From Bdellovibrionales bacterium (GTDB taxonomy: Bacteria > Bdellovibrionota > Bdellovibrionia > Bdellovibrionales > Bdellovibrionaceae): a DNA stretch of 64,000 nt. A model generated the notes under the pieces. The model was not told the origin of the DNA. It did not search any database and saw nothing but the letters and a program-made list of their open reading frames with translations. The first letter of the stretch is position 1, and the number at the start of each line of letters is the position of its first letter. Below, piece after piece: positions 1 to 9,376 of this stretch. The DNA is taken from positions 1-64,000 of the forward strand of contig JANMPT010000077.1 in assembly GCA_031370005.1 (NCBI GenBank). Reading direction: 5' to 3'. The position numbers were made by a program, and so were the translations under genes.

Positions 1-539
1 CATGTTCAGTTGATATAAATTCCTTAAGTCACGCTAACGAGCTGAATTTTATCATGTTTTTTAGTTCACTTTTGAGCGATTTCTCGATAGGGTCTGTTTT
101 GGGTGCCCGGTTCAATAACGCCTCTCACTGCCATTATTCAAGCTGTTCGAACTAGCGCCATAAAAAAAGTTCGGTGTCAGATTCGCTTCAGCAGGTTTTA
201 AATTCAAAAATTCAGATCCTTCTTGTTGAAAAGCTTAGGCCATTTCCACTCGCAATTAAATTTCTTCCTTCGCTGATGGATAAAACGGTACATCCCTTGT
301 TTAAGTCTCTATCGGCAATTCTGTATCCTTCTTTGATAATAAAGCGCGCGCTACTCAATCGCTTCATGGAGCGCCGTACTGCATATCATTCAGACCTAAT
401 TTTTTTTACGTGGATTTTGAAAAGTTCAAACGGAAGGAGTTCCTTTATCTTTTCGAGTGATCGACCAATTTCAATGATTCCATCTACGGTTCTTTTCCAA
501 GTGACAAGAATGTTCGTAAGCGGTCTATCAACCCCACGC

Positions 540-629
540 TTAGGTTTCGTCGCTGGGAGCACGATCTTTTGTAGCGTAGTTCAAATGATAGCTGGCACTT
601 TGTCCCCAACGGATACTAACGTAGGCCAT
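540..629 (-). pseudogene. Truncated relaxase N-terminus (29 codons then TAA)
   Basis: ATG at 629 overlaps the end of mobC, where a relaxase normally starts. Translation MAYVSIRWGQSASYHLNYATKDRAPSDET* resembles relaxase motif I (catalytic Tyr in HLNYA) but stops immediately. Confidence 0.5.
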
Positions 630-951
630 GAACACCTGCGAGCATTTGCTGCAGTTCCGAAATCGCCTTCAGCGCGTCTTGAAACTCAGAATACCAACCT
701 TCAAGGGCTCCACTGTTTACGCACCTTGCGATTTGGTTAATGTTATTCCCAATACGTCTAAGCTCGGTGCAAACCTGATGACGTTCTTCCGCGGCGAGAA
801 GGAGCCTCAGTTTCTTTTTACTGAAGTGACTCAATTTCAAAAGCTTGGGAATACTTAGTCCGGTAATTTCTACGTCAATTTTAAGTTGGGCAAATTCCTC
901 TTCCGTAAATCGAACCGTTGATCTTTTTTTTGTTTTAAGTATTTCATCCAT
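616..951 (-). CDS. mobC: Plasmid mobilisation relaxosome protein MobC (RHH + MobC domain)
   Basis: N-terminal TVRFTEEEF ribbon-helix-helix-like segment and the signature ELRRIGNNINQIAR; GGAGG RBS upstream. Confidence 0.85.
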   Translation of the reverse strand: MDEILKTKKRSTVRFTEEEFAQLKIDVEITGLSIPKLLKLSHFSKKKLRLLLAAEERHQVCTELRRIGNNINQIARCVNSGALEGWYSEFQDALKAISELQQMLAGVHGLR

Positions 952-989
952 TGACCACCTCCAATTTTTAAAAAGGTCCTATTACTAAT

Positions 990-1445
990 TAGAAATGCAC
1001 AGACGTTGCCAGCGAGCGAGTTCAACTAACATATTGAAATAATTGGTTTTGCATTTTTTGTAGTGGAGCTTCAAAAGTATGAATCGTCGGGATCGCACCA
1101 AATGAGATATTTTGGACGTTTTTACCTGTCGAGATTTCGCCAAAATTCTTTCTGGCCAATTGAGAATGAGGTAAGGTTGTCGGTTTTTCGTCATGTTGTT
1201 GTGGTTAGCTGATTATTTGTATTTGGCGATTTGGTTTTTTATTAAATTTTGGTTGTTGATGATTTTGATTTGTATTTTTTTTGGGATTTTTATTTAGGTT
1301 CGTTTTGTTTTGGGCAAGCAAGGGGACTGACGTCAGCCCCCATTTTTGAGGGCTTCGCCCCCAATCCCCTGGGAATGAGAAATCAATCACGACCCACCAT
1401 ATAGGTGGATCGCAATGCGAACAATTGCGAATGCGATCGGCACAA
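990..1445. other. Candidate oriT/relaxosome region upstream of mobC
   Basis: Non-coding region upstream of mobC with a strand-biased T/G tract (~1190-1315), GGGG-A-CTGACGTCAG-CCCC (1322-1340) and a GGGC-TTC-GCCC hairpin (1350-1360). No nic site firmly identified. Confidence 0.35.
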
Positions 1446-1535
1446 GCCATTTGATGATACTTCGTAGCTCAAACTCACGAAAGGTCTAGTTTTTATAGGA
1501 TAGCATTCTAGGATTTATGCAGCTGCCATAAGGAC

Positions 1536-1562
1536 TTAAGAGCTTCAGTTTTTTACCGATAA
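1536..1562 (+). promoter_or_regulatory. Putative sigma28 (FliA)-type promoter upstream of hsdR
   Basis: TTAAGAGC-N11-ACCGATAA versus consensus TAAAGTTT-N11-GCCGATAA, ~55 bp before the hsdR ATG. Confidence 0.35.
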
Positions 1563-1615
1563 GTTATTGAAAACTCACAACTAATAATCGTCACTGAGGA
1601 ACAGCAACAGCAGCC

Positions 1616-4366
1616 ATGTCAGAAAAACAAACACGCCAAGAGATCATCGACAAGCGTCTGAAGGATGCCGGATGGGATGTTAATAATCCCACTCAGGTCA
1701 CTTCGGAGCACCCGGTATTGTACCAAAAAAGTGCGAGCCAAGGCACCGGGTATTGTGACTATGTTTTGCTCGGGCGTGATGGTGTGCCCATCGCAGTTGT
1801 TGAGGCAAAGAAAACTTCTCGAGAAGCTGAGGCTGGCCGCGAACAAACAAAGCAATATGCCGATGGCTTGGAAAAAGAAAATGTCCAGCGACCTCTAATT
1901 TTTTACACCAATGGCGTTGAGATTTTTTTCTGGGATGACAAACGCTATCCACCAAGAAAAGTGTACGGTTTTTTTACGCGTGATGATCTTGAACGCATCC
2001 TCTTTCAAAACAGTGAACGACGAGAGCCTTCAATGTCGTTGATTGATCGAAACATTGTTGAACGTCCTTACCAAATTGAAGCCATTCGTAGAGTCTGCGA
2101 AGCCTTTGAAAAAAGGAATCGCCGAAAAGCCCTTGTGGTGATGGCAACAGGGTCGGGCAAAACAAGAACCGCAATGGCCCTCATTGATGTTTTGATGAGA
2201 GCCAACTGGGTGAAGCGAGTTTTATTTCTTGCCGACAGAAAGGCCTTATTGAAGCAAGCAGACGGTGCCTTCAAGCAGTTTCTGCCAAATGCTCCTCGCA
2301 CGAAAGTTTCTAAAGACAATTGCCCACAAGACAAAAGAGTTTACTTGGCGACTTATCCGGCCATGCACGGAATCTATCCCACCATCTCGCCAGGATTCTT
2401 TGATCTTGTGATTGCTGATGAGTCCCATCGCAGTATTTATAAACGCTACAAAGAAATCTTCGATCACTTTGATGCCTACCAGATTGGCCTGACCGCTACG
2501 CCTATTGATTTCATTGAGCGCAACACGTTCAAACTTTTTGAGACCGAAGATGGCGCGCCCACTTACAATTACAGCTACGAAGAAGCCGTCGAGGCTAAAC
2601 ATCTTGTGACTTTTAAAGTTTTAAAAATTCAATCTCGCTTTCAGGTCGAAGGAATTAAGTCAGGGCAACTGCCGCTATCAATTCAAAAGAAACTTGTGGC
2701 GGAAGGTAAAGATCTTGAAGAAATCGACTTTGAAGGGACCGAGCTAGAAAAGACCGTTACCAATTCCGGCACCAATGAAGTCATCGTGCGCGAGTTCATG
2801 GAGCAATCCATCAAAGACGAATCGGGAACTCGCCCAGGTAAATCTATTATCTTTGCGATCTCCCACAAACACGCACTCAGGCTCGAGCACACATTTAATA
2901 TCCTTTACCCAGAATATAAAGGGCTTCTTGCGCGGGTTATTGACTCGCATGATCCCAGAGCTGCGACCGAGGGCGGTCTGCTGGATCAATTCAAAGACCC
3001 AGCCAATCCTCTAAAAGTGGCGATCTCGATTGATATGCTCGACACCGGTGTTGATATTCCTGAAGTCGTGAATCTGGTTTTTGCCAAACCTGTATTTTCA
3101 AGAGCCAAGTTCTGGCAAATGATTGGCCGAGGCACAAGACTCTGTAAGAATCTTTTTGGACCGGGCAATGACAAAACACATTTTCTTATCATCGACCACT
3201 GGGATAATTTTTCCTATTTCAGCATGACCCCAGAAGGTAAAGAACCAAATGCCACGATGTCAGTTCCCGAGAGACTTTTTGAAGCAAGACTCAAACGAGC
3301 TGAAGCTGCAATTCTCAACAACAATGTCGATGTGCTCAATAAAACTATTGAAGAATTAAAAGCTGACATCGTAGCCCTACCGAAAGACAGCGTGGTCGTT
3401 AAAGAAAAAATGCTCGCCGTCAACCAAACTACTGAGGCAGGCTATTGGAATAGCTTCAGTGAGCAAACTGTGCAGGATTTAAGAAAAAATATTCTGCCCA
3501 CAATGCGCGTCCGATCTGCTGAAGACTTTGATGCCATTCGCTTTGACATCGACATCATTGAATTTGAAACAGCTCTGCTGACAGCTGATTCTGATGCCGC
3601 AGAAAAAATTCAAGAGCGTATTCTTGAAAAAGTTAAAGAGTTACCACTGACACTAAATCAGGTGCGAGCCAAAGAAGTGGCTGTGACCAAAATCAAAACG
3701 CCAAAGTTTTGGAAGGACGCAAATTTTGAAAACTTGGAGGCCGCAAGGAAAGAACTTCGCGGGCTGATGAAGCATAGAACTCGCGCCACCACTGACATTG
3801 AAAAACTCGACATCGCCGATCAAATTCTAATTCGCGATACCGTTGAGTTTGGCCCAGAGATGGAACGCTCTACGACAGCTGAATACCGCCGCAAAGTGGA
3901 AGAGACTGTAAAGAGCCTGCTTGTCACCAATGAGGTCTTACAAAAACTCAAGCGCGGTGAAGAGCTTGACGAGTACGACGTTGAGTCCCTCACTAAACTT
4001 TTGCGCTCACAAGATCCCTATGTGACCGAAGAGCTTCTGCAGCGTGTGTACGACAATCACACTGCTAAATTTATTGACTTCATCTGCCATATTTTAGGGC
4101 TTCGCAAACTTCAAACTCGCACCGAGATTATATCTAAGGCGTTTGACGATTTTATCGCTGCACATAACGACTTGAAGGCCGATCAAATTCAGTTCTTAAT
4201 GCTCATCAAGAGCTTCTTCCTGGATCGCGGTAAAGTCGAACGTGAAGACCTCATCGGGCCACCCTTCACCAATATGCACCCCAGCGGAGTTCGAGGCCTA
4301 TTCCAACCCAACCAGCTTAATCAGGTTTTGAGCCTAATCGAACAAATAGGGCAATCAGATCAATAA
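1616..4366 (+). CDS. hsdR: Type I restriction enzyme R subunit (EcoAI/EcoEI-like)
   Basis: Nuclease motif CDYVL...VEAKK, Walker A MATGSGKT, DESH, TATP, QMIGRGTR, EcoEI_R_C-like C-terminus. Confidence 0.95.
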   Translation: MSEKQTRQEIIDKRLKDAGWDVNNPTQVTSEHPVLYQKSASQGTGYCDYVLLGRDGVPIAVVEAKKTSREAEAGREQTKQYADGLEKENVQRPLIFYTNGVEIFFWDDKRYPPRKVYGFFTRDDLERILFQNSERREPSMSLIDRNIVERPYQIEAIRRVCEAFEKRNRRKALVVMATGSGKTRTAMALIDVLMRANWVKRVLFLADRKALLKQADGAFKQFLPNAPRTKVSKDNCPQDKRVYLATYPAMHGIYPTISPGFFDLVIADESHRSIYKRYKEIFDHFDAYQIGLTATPIDFIERNTFKLFETEDGAPTYNYSYEEAVEAKHLVTFKVLKIQSRFQVEGIKSGQLPLSIQKKLVAEGKDLEEIDFEGTELEKTVTNSGTNEVIVREFMEQSIKDESGTRPGKSIIFAISHKHALRLEHTFNILYPEYKGLLARVIDSHDPRAATEGGLLDQFKDPANPLKVAISIDMLDTGVDIPEVVNLVFAKPVFSRAKFWQMIGRGTRLCKNLFGPGNDKTHFLIIDHWDNFSYFSMTPEGKEPNATMSVPERLFEARLKRAEAAILNNNVDVLNKTIEELKADIVALPKDSVVVKEKMLAVNQTTEAGYWNSFSEQTVQDLRKNILPTMRVRSAEDFDAIRFDIDIIEFETALLTADSDAAEKIQERILEKVKELPLTLNQVRAKEVAVTKIKTPKFWKDANFENLEAARKELRGLMKHRTRATTDIEKLDIADQILIRDTVEFGPEMERSTTAEYRRKVEETVKSLLVTNEVLQKLKRGEELDEYDVESLTKLLRSQDPYVTEELLQRVYDNHTAKFIDFICHILGLRKLQTRTEIISKAFDDFIAAHNDLKADQIQFLMLIKSFFLDRGKVEREDLIGPPFTNMHPSGVRGLFQPNQLNQVLSLIEQIGQSDQ

Positions 4367-4437
4367 ATAGGGTAATAACGACTTTACATTACCCCTTTAG
4401 TCAGTTATATTACCCTTATTAGCCATAGGGGTAATAT
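4344..4437. promoter_or_regulatory. Array of GGGTAAT/ATTACCC repeats upstream of the Fic gene (putative operator)
   Basis: GGGCAAT 4349-4355, GGGTAAT 4370-4376, ATTACCC 4388-4394, ATTACCC 4409-4415, GGGTAAT 4429-4435. Confidence 0.55.
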
Positions 4438-5479
4438 GCGCTCGCTTACAGAAAAGTATCTAAAAAACCTAAGCCTTTCCACAGATGAGGCCGCTGCCAT
4501 GCGGACCTTGGGCGAGTATCAAGGTAAGCAAGCCCTCTTCTATAAACAGTCGCCCGAAACCCTAGAGTCCCTGAAACAAACGGCAGTTATAGAATCCAGT
4601 GAATCATCGAACCGCCTTGAGGGTATCACAGCTCCCAAAGAGCGCATTGAGGCCATTGTTCTTAAGAACTCCACCCCCAAGGATAGGTCCGAGCAAGAAA
4701 TCGCAGGATACCGTGATGCCCTATCGTTAATCCATGACTCTGCGGAACACATGGAGTTTTCAACCAATGTGATTCTACAGTTTCACTCAATGGTCTATCG
4801 CTTCATGCCCAACCCCGGCGGCAAATGGAAAAGCACAAACAACGAGATCGTTGAAAAGCATCCTGATGGCACTAAGCGGGTTCGATTTGTTCCCACCTCA
4901 GCCCATCTTACGCCGCAAGCAATGGATGATCTGATTACCAATTATAAAACTGCGATTCACAGTCTTCATCAAGATCCACTCATTGTGGTGCCGCTCACTA
5001 TTCTTGATTTTTTGTGCATCCATCCTTTTTCTGATGGCAATGGACGTGTGGCAAGGCTTCTTACGCTCACGCTGCTTTATCACTTTGACCTTCAAGTGGG
5101 CCGCTACATCAGTCTTGAGCGCATCTTTGAAGAATCAAAAGAAAGCTATTACGAGACTCTGGAAAAAAGCTCACAGGGCTGGCATGAAGGAAAACACGAT
5201 GTTCGCCCTTGGCTCAATTATTTTTGGGGTGCGCTAACTCGCGCTTACCGCGAATTTGAAGAGCGTGTAGGCAATATCAAATCAGGTCGCGGCTCTAAGA
5301 CTGAACAAATACGACAAGCTGTTGAAAGAAAAATAGGACCATTCTCAATCTCTGAGGTCGAGGATGTTTGCCCAGGCATTAGCCGCGATATGGTCCGAAA
5401 TGTTTTACGCCAAATGAAAGATGAAAATTTAATTGAATCCACTGGTAAAGGACGAAGTGCCAAGTGGATAAAAAAATGA
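4436..5479 (+). CDS. Fic family protein with C-terminal winged HTH
   Basis: Canonical Fic motif HPFSDGNGRVAR; N-terminal inhibitory motif SNRLEG; C-terminal wHTH-like segment ending GKGRSAKW. Confidence 0.92.
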   Translation: MRSLTEKYLKNLSLSTDEAAAMRTLGEYQGKQALFYKQSPETLESLKQTAVIESSESSNRLEGITAPKERIEAIVLKNSTPKDRSEQEIAGYRDALSLIHDSAEHMEFSTNVILQFHSMVYRFMPNPGGKWKSTNNEIVEKHPDGTKRVRFVPTSAHLTPQAMDDLITNYKTAIHSLHQDPLIVVPLTILDFLCIHPFSDGNGRVARLLTLTLLYHFDLQVGRYISLERIFEESKESYYETLEKSSQGWHEGKHDVRPWLNYFWGALTRAYREFEERVGNIKSGRGSKTEQIRQAVERKIGPFSISEVEDVCPGISRDMVRNVLRQMKDENLIESTGKGRSAKWIKK

Positions 5480-5486
5480 GGACTCA

Positions 5487-6986
5487 ATGTTAGCACAAGA
5501 ACTTAAAAGTCAGGTCGATAAGCTGTGGAATCTTTTTTGGTCCGGTGGAATTGCCAATCCACTGACAGCCATCGAACAAATTTCTTATTTAATTTTTATG
5601 AAACGCCTCGACGAAGAGGATCTCAAACGCAAAGCCGACGCCGAGTGGACTAAGAAAAAATATGAATCCATTTTTCCATCTGAAAAACTTCGCTGGTCAC
5701 GGTGGAAACATCTTGAGGCCGAAGAGATGCTCAAGCACGTTCGGGACAAAGTGTTTCCGTTCATCAAAAAACTCAATGGCGAAACAGGTAATAGTTTTTC
5801 TCATCAGATGAAAGACGCTGTTTTTATAATTCCCAAAGTCAGTCTCTTGGTTGAGGCCGTTGAGATTATTGATAATTTAAAAATCACAGAGCAGAATCAG
5901 GATACCCAAGGCGACATATACGAATACTTGCTATCAGAACTTCAGTCCTCCGGCAAGAACGGTCAGTTTAGAACACCAAGGCATATTATTAAAATGATGT
6001 GTGGCTTGGTGAATCCAAAGTTGGGTCAAACAATTTGCGATCCTGCTTGTGGCACCGGTGGTTTTTTAATTGGAGCTTATCAACATATTCTTAAAGCAAA
6101 CACATCACCCACTCACATCAAGATTGATGAGGATGGCACTGAGCATGGACTTGTTGGTGATAAGATCAACGACAAGAAACTTTGGAACTTTCTGAAGGCA
6201 AAAACATTCTTTGGCTATGACTTCGATTCAACCATGCTTCGCATCGGCACAATGAACATGGTTCTACATGGTATCGACCAGCCAAATATCGAATACATGG
6301 ATACGCTTTCAAAAAGGTTCGAGGAGCAGAATAAATACGATGTCATTCTCGCTAATCCGCCGTTTAAGGGCAGCATCGACAAGGGTGACGTACATGAGTC
6401 GCTCACTAGAGCTGTGAAGTCCACAAAGACAGAGCTGCTCTTTGTCCTGCAAATGGAAAGGCTCCTTCAGAATGGCGGTCGTTGCGCTGTGATTGTGCCT
6501 GACGGCGTATTGTTTGGTTCAAGCAATGCCCATGTCGCCGTTCGTAAAAAGATCGTCGATGAGTGTCAGCTAGAGGGTGTGATCTCAATGCCGGGCGGAG
6601 TATTCAAACCCTATGCGGGGGTATCAACTGCCATATTGATATTTACCAAGGGCGGCGAAACCGACAAAGTTTGGTTTTACGATATGCAAGCCGATGGGTT
6701 TACCCTTGACGACAAGCGTGATCGAACCAGTTCCAATGACATTCCTGACATTATAGAAAAATGGAACAAGCGAGCGAGTCTGAAGTCCCCAGACAAGGGC
6801 GATAAATGGTTTTGGGTTCAGAAAGCTAAGATTCTTGAATCAGATTACGATTTATCAATTACGAAATACAAATTGGTTTCCATTGAAACAAATAAACATG
6901 AGAAACCGAGTGAAATAATTGAGCGACTACTGGTTTTGGAGAAAGAAATTTCAAAAGGACTTGATAGCCTGAGAGGACACCAATAG
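5487..6986 (+). CDS. hsdM: Type I RM methyltransferase subunit M
   Basis: GQFRTPRH, DPACGTGG (SAM binding), NPPF (m6A catalytic). Confidence 0.95.
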   Translation: MLAQELKSQVDKLWNLFWSGGIANPLTAIEQISYLIFMKRLDEEDLKRKADAEWTKKKYESIFPSEKLRWSRWKHLEAEEMLKHVRDKVFPFIKKLNGETGNSFSHQMKDAVFIIPKVSLLVEAVEIIDNLKITEQNQDTQGDIYEYLLSELQSSGKNGQFRTPRHIIKMMCGLVNPKLGQTICDPACGTGGFLIGAYQHILKANTSPTHIKIDEDGTEHGLVGDKINDKKLWNFLKAKTFFGYDFDSTMLRIGTMNMVLHGIDQPNIEYMDTLSKRFEEQNKYDVILANPPFKGSIDKGDVHESLTRAVKSTKTELLFVLQMERLLQNGGRCAVIVPDGVLFGSSNAHVAVRKKIVDECQLEGVISMPGGVFKPYAGVSTAILIFTKGGETDKVWFYDMQADGFTLDDKRDRTSSNDIPDIIEKWNKRASLKSPDKGDKWFWVQKAKILESDYDLSITKYKLVSIETNKHEKPSEIIERLLVLEKEISKGLDSLRGHQ

Positions 6987-8134
6987 TGGCAGCAGAAGTA
7001 CTTCAGAAACTATGTACCTTTTTGAACGGGGGAACACCGTCAAAAAAGAACTCCGAGTTCTTTCAAGGTGATATTCCTTGGATTAGTAGTGCCGACATAA
7101 GCAATGGCTTTGTTACGCAGCCAAGACACCACATTACAAAGCAAGCAATTGAACAATCCGCAACGAATCTGGTCCCAAAGGGAACTGTCTTACTTGTAAC
7201 GCGAACTGGGGTTGGCAAAGTTACAGTTGCACCCTTTGATCTTTGTTTTTCTCAGGACATCACCGCAATCATTCCACAAAAAAACGTCAATTTGATTCCA
7301 GAATACCTAGCCTATTTTTTGAGAAGCTGTGAGTCCGCAATAAGGTCGCAGCAGCGTGGAGCAACGATTCAAGGAGTAACAAGAGACACTCTTACTAACC
7401 TCAAGATTCCTCTTCTTAATAGCCTCCAGCAAAAGCGAATTGTCGATAATCTCAATTTAGCGAAGTCTCTGGAAATCAAGCGTTCAGAATCAATAATGGA
7501 GCTGGATAATTATATCCGCTCTCTATTTATAGAAATGTTTGGCGATCCAACGACCAATCCGATGCGCTGGCCGATTAAAAAATTGAGTGAATTGGCTAAT
7601 AAGATCACTGATGGAACACACAAAACGCCCAAATACCAGGATTCGGGAATTATTTTCTTATCAGCGAAAAACGTTAAGAACGGCGAATTAGATCAGGTTG
7701 GGCCAAAATATATTTCTGAAAAAGAGCACCAAGATCTGATTAGGCGGTGTAAGCCAGAAAAAGGTGATATTGTACTTACAAAAAGCGGAAGCCTGGGCGA
7801 TCCAGCCATCGTAAAGTTTGATTTTGAATTTAGTATATTCGAAAGTTTAGCGTTAATTAAGCCGAAACCAGAGGTTCTCTCTACCTATTTATATAGTTAT
7901 CTAGCTCTTCCGCAGACTAAAGTAAGATTGCTTAAGGAGCAAAAAGGGATAGGAGTGCGACACTTGCACCTCGTGGACCTCAGGGAACTGGAAGTTCAGT
8001 TGCCTCCGATGGAACTACAAAAAACTTTTAGTGATAAGCTAAAACAAGTAAATGTTTTAAAAGAGACCTTAAGGAAAAGTAGACAAGACGTGAACAGCCT
8101 GTTCACGTCACTATTGTCTGAGGCATTTCAGTGA
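6986..8134 (+). CDS. hsdS: Type I RM specificity subunit S
   Basis: Two TRD repeats (GGTPSKK..., DGTHKTP...), conserved LFIEMFGDP and LPPMELQ segments; GTG start overlaps the hsdM stop. Confidence 0.92.
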   Translation: MAAEVLQKLCTFLNGGTPSKKNSEFFQGDIPWISSADISNGFVTQPRHHITKQAIEQSATNLVPKGTVLLVTRTGVGKVTVAPFDLCFSQDITAIIPQKNVNLIPEYLAYFLRSCESAIRSQQRGATIQGVTRDTLTNLKIPLLNSLQQKRIVDNLNLAKSLEIKRSESIMELDNYIRSLFIEMFGDPTTNPMRWPIKKLSELANKITDGTHKTPKYQDSGIIFLSAKNVKNGELDQVGPKYISEKEHQDLIRRCKPEKGDIVLTKSGSLGDPAIVKFDFEFSIFESLALIKPKPEVLSTYLYSYLALPQTKVRLLKEQKGIGVRHLHLVDLRELEVQLPPMELQKTFSDKLKQVNVLKETLRKSRQDVNSLFTSLLSEAFQ

Positions 8135-8662
8135 GCAACGAGTCCTCAGGTAACCTTTTGGATGACTTCAAAGCTAAATTCCCTGAATTGAAAGCGGAGT
8201 ACGATGACGTTTTCAAAAGACTCAATCTCTATCTTGAGGCGAATGATAAGACTGAAGTTCTAGCTCAGTTCCTGATGATGTCTGCATTTGCTCCAGAGGA
8301 CAGCCCCTCTTTTAATTCAGAGTACCGCGAATCGTCGCCAATGAGTCACTGTTTGTCGGGGCTGGCACTCAATTCTGCAATGGAAAATCCTGATTCATTT
8401 GACGCAGGTAATTTCATGCCATTTGTTTGAAGACATCCAGGCTCTAATTTCAAAGCACCACTTCTTAATGATGGTCGAGTCTAACCGATCAACTTCGGCT
8501 TACGACGTGGCTCATATTGCACGACTACAGGCAATAATGAGTCAAATGAACGGAGCTGAATTGGTAGGAACTTTTGTCTCTCTAAGGTTCGTGGGAGCAT
8601 TATTTGGAGGACTCCTTTCCATCGAAGCCAGTTACCGCATTCGTAGAATTGCCAGTCCTTAA
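8131..8662 (+). pseudogene. Frameshifted/truncated hypothetical gene (ORFs 8131-8430 and 8399-8662)
   Basis: Start is coupled to the hsdS stop (GTGA). The two overlapping ORFs join if one T is removed at CCATTTGTTTGAA (~8419-8431). Confidence 0.45.
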
Positions 8663-8764
8663 GATTAATTTGGCAGAGTAAAACACCTAGAATGTTTAAT
8701 TTTAGAGCAACTTTTTGCTTACCTTATTGATATTCAAGTACGAAGTGATTTTGACTGTTTACAT

Positions 8765-9376
8765 TTGAACAGAAAAAATATTACCATTCAAATTATGCAT
8801 CATGACATTTCAGAAATGGAAATACGGACAGCGATATTGAAGGAGATTCATAAATCAAGAAAACGAGGTCTTGTTGTGGAAGAACTTGGTTTGTGTCAAG
8901 GATGCTCGAGAATCGATGTTGCATATATCGGGAATGATTTAATTGGATTTGAGATAAAAAGTGACTATGACTCTCTCAAGAGATTGTCTAGCCAGATTGA
9001 ATTTTATAATGCTGTTTTTAATAAAGTTTTTTTAGTTACCACAGAACGACATTTCTCTGCCGCCATTAAAGCGGTGCCGAACACTTGGGGTATTTATCTA
9101 ATTCGGCGTGAAAATGAAAAAATTAAAATTAGAAAAGTACGTCCAGGAAAAAAAAATAACTTAGTAAGCAGTTCAAAATTAGTTCAGCTTCTATGGAAAG
9201 AGGAAATGCTAAATTTATTTAATAAATTGAGCATAGATCAGCCATTTTGGGGAAAAACCAAGAATGAGCTTTATCAAATTCTTGTCGATAATTTTGACCT
9301 TAAATTTATTCAAAAACTTGTCTCGAATACTCTTAAGAACCGTAGTAACTGGAGATCTGTTCAAGAACTAGCGTAA
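8765..9376 (+). CDS. sce7726-family protein, PD-(D/E)xK nuclease-like (start may be ATG 8795)
   Basis: EELG...RIDVA...GFEIKSDYDSLKRL..Q...Y..VF pattern, WGI and LLWKEE motifs typical of the family. Confidence 0.8.
   Translation: MNRKNITIQIMHHDISEMEIRTAILKEIHKSRKRGLVVEELGLCQGCSRIDVAYIGNDLIGFEIKSDYDSLKRLSSQIEFYNAVFNKVFLVTTERHFSAAIKAVPNTWGIYLIRRENEKIKIRKVRPGKKNNLVSSSKLVQLLWKEEMLNLFNKLSIDQPFWGKTKNELYQILVDNFDLKFIQKLVSNTLKNRSNWRSVQELA

Noticed and set aside
174..740. 188-aa plus-strand ORF
   Set aside because: Antisense to mobC and the relaxase remnants; no recognisable motif.
985..1450. Short minus-strand ORFs (69 and 81 aa)
   Set aside because: Products of a low-complexity T-rich non-coding tract; no RBS or motif.
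6986..8134. Phase-variable (shufflon or repeat-tract) hsdS
   Set aside because: Single hsdS; no recombinase, silent TRDs or tandem repeat seen.
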